A stretch of 64,000 nucleotides of DNA from Syncephalis fuscata S228 (GCA_025786725.1 JAHLTZ010000006.1:434001-498000), one strand, 5' to 3'; counted from the stretch's first letter, positions 1 through 13,600 are shown. The notes: generated by a model from the sequence alone, not told the origin. Translations and numbers: made by a program.

Positions 1-1925
1 GTCATCTCAGCAGTGTATTGAGCACCACATAGAATAATAAGTCGTTTTAAATATTCTCGTGCCATACCCGAGTAATTTGATATGGTTATTATCTAATTAA
101 TATGAATATATAGCAATATATATATACATATCAGTATAAACAATATGTAAATATCTGTTACTTACAAAGTGACGCATATTAGGTATACCATGTTTTGGTA
201 CTGGGTAGTGTAATAATTGACTACAACTGGATTCAAGTCGATATGTAAGCAGTAGATGATAGAGCCAATTCAACGTTCCAACTACTTTATTATCTGCTAT
301 AGCCTAATTTTACATTAGTCTATTATTGCTACTATTATTGCTATTGCTACTATGATCAACTTACTTGTTGGTATGCCTCACTTGTTCTCCATCGACAAAT
401 AACCATATCAACTTGATCAGCTGTATATATTTTACATAATTGACCGCCAGATTGTTTGATTCGTTTCTCTAATATAGCCTCTGTTTCATCGGTAATCTTT
501 AAATCATCGGCTAAATGAATTCGATAACCTTTTAAACATTGCGGATCCCTTGTCGTTCCATAGGCAGTGTTGCCGATTCATTCTGATCACTTGTTTCTGT
601 ATCAGCATCTATAACAGCTGTTGTCATATTTGTTGATGCTATCCAAGGATGTTCTTGTAGAAGAGGTGGGTTGGAAATAGATACTGATGCTAATCACAAT
701 TATAGGTATTTTATTTAATATTATTATACGTGTTACTAGTATTAGAGCTACTATAGACATACCTCAGGAATACGTCTACGTAATCTAAAGCAATCATCGA
801 GCCAATGTGGCAACACTACTTTAATGCCCAATTCTGGGTGTTGCATAGCTGATTCATATCGTGGCTATATATAATATAATCATATTGATAAGCATCTATC
901 TATCGGTCTATTTTATATGACTTACACCGCCAGATGACAATGCAATAAGATGTGTTACTTCTTTTACCATTTTCTCTTGCCATTGTCCACCAAATGCTTC
1001 AACACCTCCAAAGATGGCATCACGATCGATATCAGGTATCTAATATATATACATATATACATACACATATACACATATTAGTTTAATATATTGCTGTTGT
1101 TATTGGACTATTACCTGTGAAGTAGCGACAACAATACCTGATAGAAATCGTTCTGAATCAGTTGAATAGTATTCCGGTCTATTATATTGCTATTAATCAT
1201 ATAATATATAAATACACAATTACTTACCGATGTGTATAGCCATTCCGTATTGCTCGTTGCACCCAAGTAGGCTATAATATATTAATTAATTAAATTCAAA
1301 TAATATAACAATTGTATGCTACTTACTGTTACAACATGGATATTACGTGCGTTAACCTCTTCATATTCTGTAAAGTCATGATCCCATGAAATACAATGTG
1401 TTGTACGTGTTAAATTAAATCGTGTATTAAATAGTTGATCCTCTTCAGTCTCTGTATTATGATCATCATTATCAATTGATACAGCGGATGATCGTGTATT
1501 GGATGGAATACGACTTGTATTAACACCACCATTTGATTGTAATAACTGTGAAATCTATTATTTAAATAATATTAGTATTATATAATACTATACAGTAACA
1601 AATAGATAGATAAATACCTCGTCATATAATGGACGTGACATTAACGGATTAATCCAAAGTATACGCCATCGAATATTGGCCGTTTATTTGAGTGTGTTAA
1701 TCGATTTGTCCGTTGTTTAATGGTTTCTTGGTGTTGGTGGCCGTATGTCTTGCTTGATAATACGCGACGAGTTGGTACAGTTGTCGGTGTTGTTACAGAC
1801 AATTCATCAGCTTCTGAAATAAGCATTGGGTCATGACTTGAACTAGCAGGGTCCATTGCACTAATAATAACAATACTATGTCTATTACTATATAATTGGT
1901 TGTTGTAGCTAGTCACAATAGTCAT
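1..1925 (-). CDS. Multi-BRCT DNA-damage scaffold, Rtt107/Brc1/PTIP-like; multi-exon, 3' end runs off the window
   Basis: Spliced minus-strand exons read PIFDGVYF...TTHCISWD...IHVVT/PTWVQRAI, then FLSGIVVATSQ/IPDIDRDAIFGGVEAFGGQWQEKMVKEVTHLIA...IKVVLPHWLDDCFRLRRRIPE. These are tandem BRCT repeats with the THL and WxxDC motifs, arranged as in the Rtt107/Brc1 N-terminus. Confidence 0.8.
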
Positions 1926-2063
1926 TGGTATGAATAGTCAAAACAGACAGTGAAAGAATAAAAAGTGTGTAAAATCACGCAATTTTAATTTGAATTAATA
2001 AACAGCAAAATTTTAATAACTAAATATAAACGAGAATAATGCAAAAATCTGATCGAATTACAA

Positions 2064-4581
2064 TTAATTAACACGTCGCATTGACAGTTCATTGTCATGT
2101 GATGTGCTAATCATATCACGGCTAGAAGATGACGACGGTGATGAAGACTTGGTAAATAGACCAGAGGGACGAGCCATACTTGATTTAATACTACGTAAGC
2201 AGTGTGTAAGATGCTTTTGACGTAATGGTGATGATGAAGGCGATGAAGATGGCTGCATTGGCTTGTTATATGTTAAATGACAACATAGACCATGGCCAGC
2301 GTTACTTGTATTGCTGTTATGACTGTAATCTAGTATGGGGGATTTCGTGTGTGTTAATCGTGTCTACGTGTACCTAAACATTTACGCGATTTAGTCACTC
2401 GATCGTGTCGATATCCCAAGGGAGAAGCAGGTGCGCGACGTACTGGTTTTGGCTTGACTGGCGTTGCGGGTGGCGTAGTTGCTACCGTACATGTTGAATT
2501 GGTACCAGTAGTGGCAGGAACGGCAGTTGTAGCAATAAAAGATGTTGACGGCGACTGAGTATAGAGTATATCTGTTCGTTCAGCCACATCTAAAAGCGAT
2601 GCCTGAATAGCGGCAAGCCTATCTGCTTCTTCACGGGCCCGTGTTCGGCGTGTTACTCGACTATGTGATGGTAATGGCTCAACATCATTTAACGAGGCCG
2701 ATGGATACAGCAATGCTTGTCGTCGTGATTCTAGCCGGTGCACCACATCAATATCATCTTCAACATCGACTGAAATGGTAGATCGTGTTGAGTTGATATC
2801 AAGTGACATTTGTTTCTTAGTAATGGTGCGCTTGTTAACAATAGAATGGGCAGTCTGTCGTTTATCTACTTTATCACTTAATAATATCTTTTTATCATGT
2901 TCTATAGATGGAATTGATGGTAGATTATCACGAAGTGCTAATAAGGATGGGAAAGCGGCGTTTTACCCTCTGAATGTTGACTGGTGTTTGTATCTTTGGA
3001 TGAGCTTTTCGCAGACATGACAACATTGATTTCATTTTGCTTTTGAAATTGTGATGATTTGTCAGATAATTTGGACCGTGGTTTAACTACTGAATGAAGC
3101 TGGGTTAATTGTGTCTGGCCAGTAGCTGATAGATCCAGTTAACATTTATGATAATTAGTTATTAAAATTAAACTATTGAATGTAACTTACTTGATATTGT
3201 TGAATGTTTGCCATTGTTATTATTGTTGTTGTTGTTGCCATTATTATTGGCTTCTTTACTGATTGTAGCCGACATACTATTGAGTCGACGAATACGTCGC
3301 TGTTGGCGTTCTTGTTCAACATGACGAAGTGATTCTTGTATACCTTCTACCCAATCGTCCGAATCGCCTTCGATCCACCAATCAAATACGCCTTCCCATT
3401 CTTTACCAATGACTGGTGTGCGATTAATAAGTATTGTAGTGCCGTTGGTGGCACGAACTGCTTTGGCCGCATCACGTACAAGTCGCTTGCATCCATATAC
3501 TTTAAGTGATGTACCCATGACAAGTAGTAGATCGGGACGTCGACGAAGATCCCGTTCGATGCTTTGTGCAATATGCGATCCATCGGGGTGTACTTCATTA
3601 TACAGAACAATATCTGGCCGCAATGATCCAATAGCCAGTGGACGTTTATTGGCCGATGCACGAGCAGCCGAGAGATCCTCGCATGCCGGACAGGCTGGTG
3701 CCGATCCCGAATAAATGTATTTTCATGGAATGTAGCAAAGGGATAGGTAGCACAGCAGCGTGTACAGCGTACACGTTCAAGTGTACCATGAAGTTGTATA
3801 ACATGCGACAAAGCTTCATTGGCACGGCGTGTATTAGAAGTGGTGGTGGTTATCGATGGATCGTTTAACGTATTCATTGTAGTATTATCTGATTTAGTAT
3901 TTATGGGTGCATTTTCCATCGTTGAATTGGAATCACTATTAGATGCTATTGTTGGTAGATCATTTAAAGTTGATTCTTTCTTTACAGTTGGACTAGCTGC
4001 TTCATCGACCACTCGTTCAAGCCCATCAATGTTCTGCGTATAACAACGCAACAATTTACCCTCTGATTTAAGGTGAGCTAAGAAATGATGAGTACGTGTT
4101 GGCTGAGCTTTTATACAAGCTTTACGCAATTCACCCATAAACGTGTAAAATACTTCGGTGGTGTGTGCTGAGCGGAAAAGCGTAGCATCAAATAGCTCTT
4201 GTCCTTTAAGAACACTGTCTGGATATCGCTGTTTTACTAGATTATAAAGTCCATCTTCTGATCGAAATCCTAAATGTCATATTAGTGTGATATTTCTAAG
4301 TTAATTAGCAGATGCAATAGACGTACAGGAATGCCAGCACTGCATGATATACCTGCGCCTGTAACAACAATGCAGCGTTTTGCACGACCGATAATACGGC
4401 CCACCGTAGCTAGATTGGCGTCGCGAATAGGATCTGGTCGAGGGTGTTTTGCTACTGAGATATCTACTTGTGCATCAGTAGTAGCTGAACGGGTTATCTG
4501 GCGTGGCGCTTGCGTGGCTGCAGTCGACCTAGTCGGCAAATTGCCGCTATTAAGTGGCGGCAAAGTGACTCGAATAGTCAT
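2064..4581 (-). CDS. HST4: NAD-dependent sirtuin deacetylase, Hst3/Hst4 class, with long low-complexity C-terminal tail
   Basis: Motifs VVTGAGISCSAGIP|DFRS (intron 4270-4326), CYTQNIDGLE, QLHG, Zn ribbon CTRC...CPAC, LRPDIVLYNE and LLVMGTSLKV. Apparent 1-nt indels near 4265 and 3710. The C-terminal extent (ORFs 2354-2809 and 2064-2258) is uncertain. Confidence 0.88.
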
Positions 4582-6084
4582 TATAAAGTGCTAGCTATTA
4601 AATAAGGCTATGCGAGACAGATTGAGCCCAGTGCAGCTGAAATGACAGAAAACTAAACGTTGAAACGCGTTAGTGATAATATTGCAAATTTGTGTAAGGC
4701 TGTAGTGTAATCGATAGTGTAAAAACAAAACAAGAACTGGAACCAATAGATAGATACACGAATAGGCCATCGGCTGTTCACGTGGCAACGAAGGTGTCAA
4801 CTATCCACATGTGGCAACAATATACCGGAAAAGCAATAGCAAGAGAGCGAGAGAGAAAGAAAAGAGAGAAAAGCTAAAGACTGTACCAAGAATCGCTAGA
4901 GTCTATTACACATCAAGGGGTTGTCAAGAAAATAAGATACTAGATAGACATGGACTACTGTGTCGGTGACTACCCCTGCAGGCGCTGTATAACAATAAAG
5001 GCCAGTACTGGCTATAACTGCTATTAGTGCTGAAAAGGGTAAAGTAAAATGGATGGGGAAGAACGTAAGCAAATAAATGCCAATGACTATATACATCTAC
5101 AGTAAGAGCAAGAGGCAAAACAGGAGCAACAACAACAGCTGCTGTGCAGTTATACTTACTATCTGTGTACTGTTATTGCTTTAAACTAAAAAAAGGCATA
5201 TATCAACCAAACCAATCGACTATAGTAATATTCTATATATGCGCGTTAAATATATAGCCAATATAATGAAGTGCAATCACCAACAGTTTAGGTATGCTTA
5301 CTGCCATTGAATAGCGTAACGAGTAGAGTAAAGTAGGTGTACGCGTCTCCTAGGGATGAACAAAGCACGGTGCAATACAAAAAACAAACGAGTAAAGCGA
5401 GAAAGAAGAAGAGATGAGTCAAACGTCGGTACTTTTTCTATTTACGTTCATAAAATGAACTCAAGCCAACTTGGAAACAATAAAGCCTTCGTTGCTGACT
5501 TTGCTTAAGTAGAAGACAGTCGGATCGATTATTGGTTAATTGGCTATGCAGTAGCATTGATAAGTAGTAGGCAATAAAGGAAGAGCATCTACCAATAGGC
5601 ATGAATGGCTGTCGAGTCTTCTATGGTATATATACCAAGTGTGGTCTAAATTTACGCACACGATAGAGTTACGTATATCTGCGTAAAGTGCAGTAGCCGT
5701 TTAAGTTCATATTAATTTTTTTATTTTTATTTTTATTATATTTATTGTAAACATTTATATAATTACAATTTATTATATTTTACCAATACTTTACAGCAGT
5801 ATAACACTAATTTATGTTTATAATTTAGGATATATATATAACGATACGTAATATGTCATCCTTGTGTAATTCTATTATTTGTTTACTTCTATTAGTCACG
5901 GAGATAGCTGTTATTATTTTGACAGTTTTAAAATCTGCAGTTTCGATTTTGATTGATTGATTGATTTAAACTAAGATGAATCGGATCGTACTTGCCTAAT
6001 TTACCATATATTTCCCTGTTACACCACCACCACCGCCACGAGCTATCCATTCCTCTTGATACTAAACTGTCACTTACTTGCGTC

Positions 6085-7423
6085 ATGGCCGATACTAAAG
6101 CAAACACCAGCACGATTAGTCCACCGTTAAGGGCTGGTATCCTTGGTGCTACTGGAGCAGTAGGCCAGCGGTTTATTGCTTTGCTTTCAGACCATCCGGG
6201 CTTTCAAGTCCAACGATTGGGCGCGTCCGCTCGTTCAGCAGGCCGCACCTATGCCGAAGCCGTATCCTGGCGTATGAATACACCACTGCCCAAGAAAGTG
6301 GCAGAAATTATTGTAACCGAGTGTGTTCCTGAGTCTTTTGACGACTGTGACGTTATTTTCAGTGGACTTGATGCTAGTGTGGCCGGTACTATTGGTAAGT
6401 AGTAATAGTAGCGACAATAATAGTATAGCAGTATTAATTAACTAATTAAACATTATTTAATTACTTGTAATTATTTAAATAGAACTTGATTTTCTTGCCG
6501 CTGAACATTGTGTTTTATCAAATGCAAAAAACCATCGTATGGCACCGGATGTGCCATTGGTAATTCCCACCGTTAATATCGACCATCTACACGCTATTCC
6601 TGCTCAGCGATTATTACGCGGCATTCAACGTGGATTTCTTATTACCAATGCTAATTGTGCATCAACGGGTGTGTCCGTTGCACTAAAAGCCTTACAGGAA
6701 CAACAAAAAGAAGCAGGCAACAACAGCGCCATCCGTCAAGTGAATATTGTAACGATGCAAGCTATTTCAGGTGCTGGTTATCCAGGTGTTAGTGCTATGG
6801 ATCTTATGGATAATATGGTGCCACATATCGGCGGCGAAGAAGATAAGCTAGAAACGGAGCCGTTAAAGATTCTAGGCTCATTACAAAAAGACTTATTAAA
6901 CGTACGTGATCTAGTTACGTCTGGAGATGTTGAGAGTGCCAAAAAACTTCTTCATACGTCAAATGCATCCACCTCATTCTTCACTCCACTACCCAACTGT
7001 GTTATATCAGCAAGTTGTAATCGAGTAGCTGTACTTGATGGCCATACAGCTTGTGTATCAGTGGGATTTGATACATCGTACAGCACAGATGACGCAGCTG
7101 CTACAGCTGTCGCTGATGCAACCTACGCCTTCACTTCATATACGCCACCGGTCAGTACCGATGACCTGCCATGCTATTCAGCACCAAAACCTTCAATCCA
7201 CCTTCTAAAAGGCATCGACCGACCACAGCCACGTCTTGATCGTGACTTGGGACGTGGCTATGCCGTTTCAGTTGGCCGTGTTCGTCCCTGTCCTTTATTA
7301 GATTTGAAATTTGTGGTATTGTCACATAATACAATTCTCGGTGCAGCTGGTAGCAGCATTTTGAATGCCGAAGCAGCCTATGCTATGGGCTATTTGACAC
7401 ATCGTGGTGGAAATAAGGCATGA
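6085..7423 (+). CDS. HOM2: Aspartate-semialdehyde dehydrogenase
   Basis: GILGATGAVGQRF Rossmann motif, NANC catalytic Cys, MQAISGAGYPG, CNRVAVLDGH, PQPRLDR and SHNTILGAAG. One GT-AG intron at 6395-6482 restores the frame (…GTI-ELDF…SNAKNHRM). Confidence 0.96.
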
Positions 7424-7498
7424 TTTATATTGAAATAAACAAATAAATAGAATACAAATATCATACAAGTATTATTATGCATCATTCGTATTGGCTCT

Positions 7499-9147
7499 CT
7501 ACGTTTGTGCGTGTTTAGATTTAAGCGATTGAAAGAGCATATGATATGAGTCGATCGCTTTCTGTGGCAATAAACGGCGCTTGGAACGAAATCGGAAATA
7601 GACAATCGTTGATACAATACACATAACCGTAAAAATACTAAAAAACCAAGCAAGATTTTGAACGCCAAGGCCTGGCAACGTAATATTCATACCCCAAATA
7701 CCTAGGAGTAGATATTTTATTATAAATAAATAAGTTAATATTAGCATCAGCTATAGACTTTAGTAATCGCTGTTATTGTACCTGTAATGACATGCATTGG
7801 TATTAGCATTGTGCCCATAGTAGTTAACCAAGCAATTGAATCGTTAGTTCGATTAGAGCTTTTAGCCAGTTCGACATTAATCTGTCCCAAATAGTTGACA
7901 TGAGCCCGACCTAGAATACGTTCAAAATGTACTACATTCTGTGCATGCCAATTAAATGATCTAAAATAAACGTATTAATATCATTGAAATCAATTAAAAT
8001 TATTGCGCTTTTTTTACCTAAAATATCGCTTAAATACGCGTCAATATCATCATCTTTTTCCTCTTTATCACCACTGACATCTTCTTCAGCGTGGCCTTGT
8101 CGTCGTTTAATAAGACTTCGAATAACATCCGGTTTACTATTTAATAGTCTTCCAGCAGCAACCACTCGGCGTCGTGCTTCACCCAACCGTCGAAGCATAT
8201 CTGTTTGTTCGGATTGACGTAACACGAGTACAAGTTCATCAACGCTATCCACTTCCATTTGCAATTGCTCAAGCAATGGTGCAAATCCATCTGTAATATC
8301 ATCCAACAAAGCGTAGTTGACCCAGGCTGGTATAACCGATGCAAACACTTCTTGTTCTTCATCTGCTCCATTGTCATCTTCTGTGGAAGAAGGCGCAGAT
8401 GGATCGGCTGTCTCGCTATTTTCTCTAGTTAACAATAAAACTTGTCGTTGCAGTCGATATAATACATTTTCAGAATGATGGCATGACTGATGATGAAATG
8501 ACAGAATAAAATTAGAGGTCACAATATTAAAAACATTAATTGGTTGCATAAAATAGTCACTTTGTGGATTGGGATCAAATGTACGGAAACAGCAAAAATA
8601 GTAATTGGCGTACAATTCACATTTTTCTCGTGTATCTTCTGTAAGAATATCCTCCACTGTCAATGGATGTAATTGAAAGATCTGCAATAAATATTACAAA
8701 TTGCAAATATTATTACTTTAATTATAAATATTGTTACTATCAGCTTACATTACGAAACATATACATCTCTTCAATGGTGGGTGCAGTGACATCTAACCAA
8801 AATGGTTCATCGCCTAGTAATCCTATCATATGATTGCTTGGGCCTCAGACCCGGCAGCCACCGGCATGGTTTGACGAGCAATATCTTGAAAGGCGTCCGC
8901 TCTAACAACGCCTGTTTTCTTTGAATAGAATAAGAACCGCTCCGACGCCGTAACAGCAGCAGACTATTGTTATAACAGTTTTAATAATCGTCATTCAGAA
9001 GATGGTGTCGTCGTTGCAATTACGTACCCTTTCTATGGTTGCAGTCGTTGCTAGTGAGTGTGACTGTGGCAGCTGTTTATTCTGTTCCATTCTATAGTCA
9101 AGTCCACTAATATAGGAGTTGTTTAAACTTATTGGCCTTGTCATCAT
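7499..9147 (-). CDS. CorA-family Mg2+ transporter (Alr1/Mnr2-like), multi-exon
   Basis: FWLDVTAPT, LHPLTVEDIL, REKCELYANY, WVNYALLDDITDGFAP, DMLRRLG and the signature GIWGMN followed by a second TM helix. Confidence 0.92.
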
Positions 9148-9677
9148 TTAAGGTAGCAATAAATACGGCCCCTATACGGCAAGGAATTCAGTATAACTAG
9201 GTAAAAAGACGAAAAAGAAGTGACACTACTACGAATTAAAAAGGATGTGCCATAGAGCGTGTATTTGTGTGGAGTGGCGGGTGATTTCTTTATTCTCACA
9301 CAAATAAAAGATTTTACGAAAACTATAATATAGCGTGTTATTTACTATTAATTAACATTAGTATTACAATTATTATTGTTATTACTACCATCATATGGCA
9401 AATACGCTCATGTTGGCACTTTGTTCTTGCTGCTTGGTTTAATTATTGGTTTATTGGCAAAGCCACTGCTATCATGCTATCGTATCCCCCTTCTTTTTTT
9501 CACGATAGTTATTTCTATGGCGTCATATTTGTACAAATAAAACCCGTAAAATCAGTGCAACCAACCTATAGGCCGCCATTGATATCTATTTGGCCGAGAT
9601 AAGAAATGCTGCTGTACTGCCAATTATGATGATATTTGCCGCTTCCTATGGCAATCAATACATATGAGTGCCGACCT

Positions 9678-9874
9678 CACGTGATAATTTAGTAATGGCA
9701 TACCATTATGAGAAAACGCGATGCGGAGTTTGTCTCTAAACCCGACGCATCATTAACACAGCGTCTTAGCGTTATCGAGAAGGCGTTTTTTCTTTCGTTC
9801 AAACTTTTTTATTAGCCTCAGCCTTTGTTGAATGTAAGAAGCCGTGTTCTAAATTAGTTCACGTGTATCACGTG
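9678..9874. promoter_or_regulatory. Three CACGTG (bHLH E-box) sites in the divergent CorA / P5-ATPase intergenic region
   Basis: CACGTG at 9678-9683 (as TCACGTGA), 9860-9865 and 9869-9874. The sequence is seen directly; function is inferred. Confidence 0.35.
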
Positions 9875-10646
9875 TGCACTAATCACTGGTTCAAGGTTTT
9901 GTATATCATTGATAACGTTTTAGCAAGCTTCCTATCAGTATAATTACCAAGTTAATAATAGAATGTATCCTTGGCTCTCTGCAGTAGTTTCAAGCGGATA
10001 ACTTGTTTACAATTGCCAATGGACTATGTTACCAAGCTTTCATTTGTTTATTGACCATTATTCGGCAGTTTCAGCTTTTGTGTACTGCTCTTAAAGGTAA
10101 CACAGGTTATCGCCTATTTAATCACATTTTGTAATGGTCATAAAACGGTGTCTCAATGCGTTCACTCACCCGCACATAGCTTGTTTATTGGTTATAACCG
10201 TGGTCTCAGCTTCATGAGTATCTAGTTAATTTTGCCATTTAAAGGCATGAGATGTGAGCCATAGATTTTCTAATGGTTATTGTCCCCTCCTTCATTTTCC
10301 ACTTCCTCCACTGCTATTATCAGCGCGTTTGTTAGCGTTAGGATTTACATATTTTCACTTCAACAAAATACCACAAACAGCACAAGCACTTTCAATTGAT
10401 TGCTGGTGTATTACTTGTGTTTCATTTCTCCTCCCTCTTTGGCCCAAGAACACAATCGGTTATTCTATTTTTGTTGTTGCCAAGTTTGATTTATTTTAAG
10501 TATCGTTCTTTTCATTTAATGACAGCGTGCATCGCTTATTTATAGGTTTCGAACAATATTTTTATTACCACATTATCATTATTGCCATCGTTACCATTAA
10601 ACCATCAATATCACCACTTTCTCCGCTATTTTAACAATTTAACAGC

Positions 10647-13600
10647 ATGAAGTATTCAAAAATACGCAGCATCGATCCATCATGGACATTGCTTGGTTTA
10701 ATGTTTGTCAGTGCACTGTCAGTAGTTGATGCTTTACCGGCCTTTAATACAGGCAAGTTATTATTGTAGCAATATCAATTATTATTAAATAACATTTGTA
10801 TTAGTTAATCTATGGGATAGTCTTGGTCAAAAATGTCCCGTTCGTAGTATGTACAATCAAGCCTGTCCGATCCTATGTGTAGTGGATCCAACAAATGATT
10901 GTCCTGCATCTGTCCAGCCCAAATGTCCCGCAGGTCGAAAGTTCTGTGGTGATGGTGCCTGCCATTCAACCTGCAAAGGTGTGGATAATGTCTGCGCTTG
11001 TGGCGGCCTTTCACCAACTAAACCGGCTCTACAGCCATGTATGTCTGGACAACTGGTTAATATTCCGTCAATTGACCCGTCTCTTAATGCAACGGCCAAA
11101 AGTAATATTACCAACAACTTGTGTGCTTCACGTCTCTCATTAAATACCAGTGATATTGGTTTTACGGATAGTCCATTGGCAGCAAATGGCCGTCATGCTT
11201 GGCTTAGCTGCCCTGCATTGCCGCCGCCGTTCTTTACGTATAAAGAACCCATGTTCCAATCGCAGTACATCTATTTTGCCGTACAGTTTTTGATTGTTGG
11301 CGTTTGGCACATTTACAAACGTATTAAAGAGCGCAGTTTTGCCATTACCGATGCATCCAAGGTATCCAAATTGACAAATACAACACAAAAACCAATTGAA
11401 AATAGCACACCACCAAATGAAAAAGTATCAGAACGCAACTCACTTTCCACATACGAATCCGAGTCGGCCAACGATGTAAAGCCGCAATCGATTTTTAAAG
11501 GTTATTGTAACGACTATTTTGGCCTGTTTGTTTTTATTACTATTCAAATAACTACGGTTGGTGGCTTTTCATGCTCGGTATTATTGTCGCTGATTACTAC
11601 GGCCTAGTTACAGGAATTCAATTTGGTATATTCCTATCTAATGACCTTGGCTCAAAATATTCGTAACCATTTGGCATTTCACAACTGTGTGGCTTGTGCT
11701 AGTCAATTTAGCGCATAAACGTATTCGTAATTATTTCCGTTTACGCAGCGATCTTACTAGCTCAAATGTTGTTCAAATTGAAACACGTCGCGACGCAGTC
11801 ATTTTACTTGAAGATGATAGCCAGTGGCTAAAACGACTTCATTTAATTGAAAAGCGTTTGTCAGGTTTATTTGGGCTAGATACTATTGTATCGACTGTAC
11901 CTATACACAGTAGCGCTGATAATAGTACAGACAGTGATGTCAGCTATTTTGAGTATCAATGTATACGCTATATACTGGACACGTCATCATTGGGATTCCA
12001 GCAACATCAATACGATATGGGACACACGCACCAAGACTATTGTAGCCGTACACAGGGTCATACCGATAAGTCAGCAGCCGATTTACGTAATCTTATCGGT
12101 TTAAACTTTATTTCAGTTCATGTACCTTCGTTCCCAATGGCTTTACTTGAAGAATTCCAAGCATTCTTTTATCTCTACCAGCTAATGTGTCTCTGGGTCT
12201 GGTTCTACTTTGCTTATTATTACATGGGCTTTGTACAGCTTGTTGTCATTTTAGTATCAGCTTTAGTGAAGGTATATCTGCGACTAAAGGCAGAAAACAA
12301 AGTCAAATCACTAGCTGAATACAAAAGTGATTGTAATGTTCTTCGTAACAGTCAATGGGCTTCGATTAGTACCGTTGAACTGGTCCCTGGTGATGTTATT
12401 GAAATAGCTGAAAACCTTCAACTGCCTTGTGATGCAGCCATTCTTTCTGGCGAAGTCGTTATTGATGAAAGTTCACTCACCGGTGAATCGATGCCAATTC
12501 GTAAATTCCCCATGGCCAACGATCCAGTTATTTATCGTCCACAGGGTGCCAGTAAAAATAACACACTATTTGCCGGCACAACTGTACTTACTGCCACTCC
12601 ACTTGATATGAATGGGAAGGTAACTGCACTAGTAACAGCCACTGGAACATCAACAGATAAAGGAAAGCTAGTTCAAAAGATTCTATTTCCTAGCGAGGTG
12701 TCCTTTATCTTTAATGAGCATCTTAAAGGTGTAATTTGTATCTTACTACTATGGGGCATTATCTGCTTTGGCCTATCACTTTGGCTAATGGGCCGTGGTG
12801 ATATTACAAGTTGGTTCTATGGCCTGTTTGTCATTTCCCAAGTGATGAGTCCATTATTGCCGGCTGCTTTGGTCGTTGGCCAATCAGTGGCCGCTGCTCG
12901 TTTACGTAGTAAAAGCATATTCTGCGTTGACTTGCCCCGTGTAATGATTGCCGGTAAAATCCGCGTGTTTTGCTTTGATAAAACCGGCACATTGACCAAG
13001 GAAGGTCTTGACTACTACGGCATGTGTGTAACAGGGCCGGGTACACGCAATCCAGCTGCTCCAGCTGGAACACCCCACCACAGTTTACATCACGTATTGA
13101 TGGAGTTAACGCATTGCCGTCCATTGCTCGCCTAGGCGTTGCTACTTGTCATTCAGTCACTATGATCAATGGTCGGGTTATCGGTAATCCAGTCGATGCT
13201 GAGCAGTTCCGTGCTTGTGGATGGGAAATTCGCTCAGGCGATCAACCTGGCTATTTGGATACATTGCAGCCTCCAAACCAAGAAAATATGGAGCCAGTTC
13301 ATATTGTAAAACGATTTGAATTTATTCACGCACGCGCTTCAATGTCGGTGGCCGTACTTGATGCCACCACTAAACATGTTCATGTGTTTATGAAAGGTGC
13401 ATTTGAGCGTGTAAAAAATAGCTGTATTCCTCGCACACTACCAATCGACTATGATGCACGTGCTGCCAGTTATGCCGCCGAAGGTTGCTACGTTCTTGCT
13501 ATTGCCCATCGTGATTTAGGACCGATTTCTCTTGATGAATTACGCGAATTAACACGCGACGATTTAGAGCGTGATTGTGAATTTGTCGGCCTATTATTAT

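Noticed and set aside
3409-4594. Antisense ORFs over the sirtuin (and similar ones over the ATPase, UGO1 and chitin synthase)
   Set aside because: Shadow ORFs of well-supported genes on the opposite strand or frame.
9880-9900. GGTTCAA B-box suggesting a tRNA
   Set aside because: No cloverleaf, acceptor stem or A-box could be built. No tRNA or rRNA was seen in the window.
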